Shown: one piece after another, positions 33,835-64,000 of the stretch | Numbering within the stretch: the stretch's first letter is position 1 | Layout: each line of letters opens with the position of its first letter | The notes under the pieces: model-generated | Databases searched by the model: none | What the model was told of the DNA's origin: nothing | Seen by the model: only the letters and a program-made list of their open reading frames with translations | NCBI RefSeq assembly: GCF_964355755.1 | Contig: NC_092676.1 | Span: 28,662,871-28,726,870 of the forward strand | DNA: 64,000 nucleotides | Origin: Antedon mediterranea | Lineage: Eukaryota > Animalia > Echinodermata | Reading direction: 5' to 3' | Made by a program: the position numbers and the translations under genes

Positions 33835-34840
33835 TTACCACTGCCTAGTTGGATGTATTACCGCCGATATTACTTCAAGAAATGATCAGTCCGTACTTAG
33901 ATTTGGAAAGATTTACAAATTTGTTAACTGTTATATAATATTATTATAAAGTGGTATCAGATACTAATTATATAATGAATTGATGTTGAGTAGTGTTTAC
34001 TGTTAGTTGTTTAGTATGCTCCTATGCGGCAAATAATCCTGAAAATATTACGGCTGAAAAATGTGGAAATACGTACCGACGCTTTTATGATATCCACTCT
34101 CCTTTGTCGTCCCTGGAATAGTCCGTGTTGTTACCAATTTTCTTATATATTTCAAACAATGCAATTGAATTTAGCCTAATAATGCAGTTTAAATGTAATG
34201 AACAATATGTGTTAAACGTAACGCACAATTGATATGTTTTGTTTACATTTTTTGAAAATATATATCTGAAGTGTTGTGAATGGTGTACAAGAGTTAAGTT
34301 TACTTTTTTAACTGGAATGGCAAAAAGTCAAATCTCATTATTTATAGGTGGTTCTTGGTACTGTATCTGTAACTTGTCTAGTACTGTATAAGACAAATTA
34401 TCTAATACATATGTTACGTATTGTAGGCCGTACCATAATACAGGCGCCACAGGTGACACTGTATTACGGAATTTGCCATAATACTACAGATAATATTCCA
34501 TATTTTGAGATACAGTACAAAGAATCTGGTCTTATTTAGGGGTTTTTAGGTAACTGTAGATTTTTAGCACATTTTAAATTTTACTACGTTTTATTTTACT
34601 TTATATTGTATATTGTTAAAACAAGTCATCTTATGTCATGACGACATTAATCACTATGAACAATAGCGTCATCGTTTTCGTCATCATCAAATCATATTGT
34701 CACACACTATCATAAATTATCATTATCGTATCAACAAATTATATTATAATAATAATTAACGTTAATTAGTTAGAATTATTATTTTCAGTTTATCATTAAC
34801 CCAGTATTAATAGTATAATTATTATTTCTGAATATTTCTA

Positions 34841-35001
34841 AAGCTCTGTCTACTCTATCAAACTAGTTTGACAAAAAAGTGTGATGCCCAAATATGGTAG
34901 ACCTAGTGATGCTCAAATATGGTAGTGATATGACATCATCATGTCCATATATGGGCACATCAGTCTTTGTCGCATAAAGTTTGATAGTGTAGACAGAGCT
35001 T
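34841..35001. mobile_element. MITE family A, full-length copy
   Basis: Both TIRs are present. Confidence 0.9.
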
Positions 35002-36419
35002 TAAAAGAACAAATTGTATTATAACATGATATATATTCTTCGTCGCACCTGAAACTTTAAACCATGTTTGCCGAGTCTATAGAGTAGGTAATTATAAGTT
35101 ATCTTGTGGTGTTTCTGTTCACAAATATATTGTGGAAATAAATGTTTAATACGTTTCTACTTTATTATTTATTATCAAGGGATGTGAAAATATGATATAC
35201 ATATACAACCCCCTCCCCCCCCCCCCCTCCCCCACATATCAAGGTCCTGCAATAATTATTCATTGTGTTATCCCCTCCCACAAAATTTAAAAAGAGGGCG
35301 CTAAGAGGTCATAATATACACAGCTGACACACAGCAGCTCAGACCGCAGCCCTATAAACTTCGTTGAGTCCCGAGGGTGTCCATACCCCTTCTATCTCAG
35401 AAGAGTCTTCATCGATATTTTGAATTCATGTTGACAACATTATTATACTGTCATCATAATAGAATGGATCACCTGAATTATATTTGAATTATAATTATGT
35501 TTTATATACATTTTATTTGAAGTAGAATTGAAATATAGATATTGAAAAATAAAACAAACGAAACTCCAAATATAAAGAAAACATCTTTTAATGTCTCTTT
35601 ATTTTGAAGTTATCCTTGTTATCTTTATCGGAAATTATTCAGTGGATTGTTGTAGTGAATAGTTGTACTGTAGTTTAAAATTGTATTTTATTATTCCTTC
35701 ACAAAACATCAGTGTATTGTCTGTCAACTTATTTAAATAGCAGGACGCCCCCACGTTTATCTCGTTTCACTGTTAATTCACAGTTCACTGAGCACATACT
35801 TAAATGACGTTGTCTCTTAGTTTTCTCATCAATAAGCGTAGTCATTTCTCAATTTTAATCTTAAAGGGAAATGAAAATATGCACAAAGCAAAAAAAAAGA
35901 CTTTCAAGTAGTTTTGATTAATATGTGTTGATAATTTATGTAGATTAAGTTAACTTTCTGTGGATGTTTTATAGAAACGACGTTTGGCCAAAGGTCATAC
36001 GAACCACTTCGCGATGTCACTGTTTACGTCACTTTTCTCTGTGTGAAAAAGAAGACACTTTATATAAGTTATTTCTTTCTGTTTTGTAAACATAATTTTC
36101 ATGCAAAAGTTCTCCCCGAATGAAACGAATACTCCAAAATAATATTTAACAACCGTAATAACTTAGTGATATGATTTGGTCATAATTTTAAAACCTGTTG
36201 CTGTAGCAAAATGTACGTCAATATTTGATCACGTGACCACTGACTCATTTATCAGTCATGTATCGGCAATAAATACTGATTCCGCCTATCTAACATGGCC
36301 ACCATTTGTTTTGACGTAAAGTTTGGCGTACTAAAGTGATAATAATTGCAATAAATTTGACAATGTTAGCAACGAATTATCAATGATCAAAATTTCATAT
36401 GTTCCACGGATAATTAATG

Positions 36420-63681
<27,262 letters not shown>

Positions 63682-64000
63682 GTAAGTAACACATTCAACT
63701 GATCACTGCTTTCAAATACACTAGGTGTGTTCATATTAGCTATCATGATCCATCATCATGATAAACTGTTCACAAGGACATCAGATCATGATCTATTTAT
63801 GCTGATGAGATAATAAGTTGCATGAAATGTATTGGCAGCCCAACTTAAGAAAGTGTGATATGGTCCGATTAGGATGTGTGTAATGATTGGAAAACTAAAC
63901 CCAAGTGCTGATTGGTTGAATTCAAATAAACTAATCTAGCATGTGAACTATATGTTAAACATGGTGCTTTATCATGCTCCAATAGATCACATTAGGGTGA

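Overview
AT-rich, intron-containing animal genomic DNA. It is not prokaryotic, and most ORFs in the supplied track are exon fragments or repeat artefacts. Gene content and repeats suggest a marine invertebrate deuterostome such as an echinoderm, but that is inference. Hand-splicing with GT-AG boundaries and consistent reading phase gives seven genes: the 3' half of ATG13 (+), a plant/fungal-type FAD polyamine oxidase with a signal peptide and GPI-like tail (+), an unassigned amidated-neuropeptide precursor (-; KR-GASSEQSRGGWWTGPY-GKR, with the Gly codon split by an intron), APIP (-) head-to-head with PDHX (+), an ELOVL elongase with an intronless CDS (+), and the 5' part of MYRF (+). Introns and spacers are filled with MITEs (Harbinger-, hAT-, Mutator/foldback- and Kolobok-like, often nested), tRNA-derived SINEs, truncated LINEs and tandem repeats. 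The strongest novelty candidates are the neuropeptide precursor, an in-frame 6x90-bp array that multiplies a PDHX 5' splice site, and the putative ecto-polyamine oxidase. Coordinates were counted by hand, and repeat ends may be off by a few bases.
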